NCBI RefSeq assembly: GCF_000315625.1
Contig: NW_005434603.1
Span: forward strand, 248,001-312,000
Origin: Guillardia theta CCMP2712
Taxonomy: Eukaryota; Protista; Cryptophyta
DNA: 64,000 nucleotides
Direction: 5' to 3'
This document shows positions 62,646 to 64,000 of the stretch, piece after piece. The notes under the pieces were generated by a model, which was given only the letters and a program-made list of their open reading frames with translations, did no database searches and had not been told where the DNA came from. Numbering within the stretch: position 1 is the stretch's first letter; every line of letters begins with the position of its first letter. The translations under genes and the position numbers were made by a program.

Positions 62646-63807
62646 TCACTTGTCTTTCACTTGGTACTTAGCAAACAGGTTCTCAGGGTGTGTCATGGCC
62701 TTGAACTCCAGCGCCTGCCCATGTGATGTCAGTCGCTGGCAGACGCCAGGAGCATCGCAGCAGACGCTCTCACGTTGTTGGAAGGATCCTTCAGGAACTG
62801 ACAAGGCAACGATCAGCATCCTCCCCCCTCTGAGAACATTCTCAGCTCCTTACCATCGTCCACTGCTCCCCAGGCTGTCCTTGGAACCTCAGCTGCGGCC
62901 GGATCACAAACTGGACCCCTGCCTTGTCCAGCCCTGAAGGGGGTGAGAGGGGTCAAGAAGCAAGCAGCACAGCATGGCAGGGGCACGTTCTGCGAGGCTG
63001 TGGAACGCTTCTTTCTCCAGCACGAGGCCGAAGTGAGGGACTGCAGGAAGGGGATCAGACTGCGATGCTGACGCGTCTCAAGTCCACCTGGGACCTCGTC
63101 GCCTCCTACGGGGTTGAAGAATTCTGGTGCCTTGTAGTCTTTCCCGACGAAATGGCAGACTAGCTGGTGCCCGAAGAGGGAGAAATCTATCCACTTGCCC
63201 GGGGAACTTCTTCCCTCCTCGCAACCAAGGACTTCTCCGTAGAACCTTTGACATGGTCGGCGCCAGTCTACGTGCGGCATACGAACTCACTGTTTCGATC
63301 GCTCGAGGCAGTTGACAGGGAAGGCCAAGTGGAAGGGAGGCACTGCGATGTACTCGTATAACTATCGATGCAAAGCAGGAGCAGGGGCAGGAGTACGCAG
63401 TTTGCAGGAGGGGACTGACCTGGGTTGACACTCTTTGAGCTGAAGCTCCGTCCAGGAAGCGACTTGGCTACTAGCCTGAGGAGCTCGTAAGAGAAAGCAA
63501 GACTAAAGATGTCTGTCATCGTCGTTCTAGTGCACATGCTGAAGACAACGTCCATCATCGTTCTAGTGTACATGCTGAAGACAACTATCATCTTTGTTCT
63601 AGTGTACATGCTGAAGACAACTATCATCTTTGTTCTAGTGTACATGCTGAAGACAACTATCATGTTTGTTCTAGTGTACATGCTGAAGACAACTATCATG
63701 TTTGTTCTAGTGTACATGCTGAAGATATCCATCAACATCCTTCTGTTGTACATCGGCCTCAAGTATGCAACCCCGCCGCCGCTTTTCCCCTACCTCCAGG
63801 CCTTCAT
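62646..63807 (-). CDS. VOC-family glyoxalase/bleomycin resistance/extradiol dioxygenase-like protein with probable mitochondrial presequence; multi-exon
   Basis: Spliced: [33 protein letters not shown]...[28 protein letters not shown]...DPSN.ALEFKAM. Confidence 0.88.
63524..63727. repeat. 36-bp minisatellite, ~6 copies, within intron 1 of the VOC gene
   Basis: Unit gttctagtgtacatgctgaagacaactatcatcttt starting at 63524, 63560, 63596, 63632, 63668 and 63704. Confidence 0.95.
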
Positions 63808-64000
63808 TTCGGCGCACCTTTACATGTTACTGTAAAAGTTAAAATGAAATAAAAAAAAACATTTTTCAGACAAACAGCATGGCACGCGGGGTGGGCAGCA
63901 ATGTTGACGGACCAAGGAAATGAGAAGAGTAGCGCTAAGGGAGAGAGGAGAGGAGGTCAACAGAGGAAAGAGAAGAGTCAAGGGCAGGACAAGGCAGGAC

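Noticed and set aside
63524-63727. 36-bp repeat as a CRISPR array
   Set aside because: Units are contiguous with no unique spacers, there are no cas genes, and it lies in a eukaryotic intron.

Overview
Gene-dense, intron-rich eukaryotic nuclear DNA with mostly ~45-60 nt spliceosomal introns. A nucleus-encoded plastid ribosomal protein S1 with a bipartite signal/transit leader (AEA-F) points to an alga with a red secondary plastid. The overall style suggests a cryptophyte such as Guillardia theta (inference). Recognisable genes: RGG/dsRBD DEAH helicase (truncated by the window), MRM2/RlmE methyltransferase, PKA-type kinase, a tandem-PstS membrane protein, coiled-coil and C2 proteins, plastid rps1, bacterial-type LldD, a threonine synthase-like (THNSL2-type) enzyme, glucose-6-phosphate 1-epimerase, an intronless RRM-OB-HEPN-kinase-EF-PH protein, a ciliary GY-repeat protein, a CDPK-like kinase, Cfd1/NUBP2, a His-rich membrane protein, kinesin-6 and a VOC/glyoxalase-family protein. 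The best novelty candidates are the HEPN-kinase chimera (possible RNA-sensing immune effector), the PstS-PstS-multi-TM protein (possible phosphate receptor), and a non-coding architecture of GC-rich palindromic islands carrying a conserved 39-bp motif alongside strand-polarised ACCCC tracts. Exon boundaries were read by eye, so gene ends are approximate where stated. No rRNA, tRNA or CRISPR was seen.
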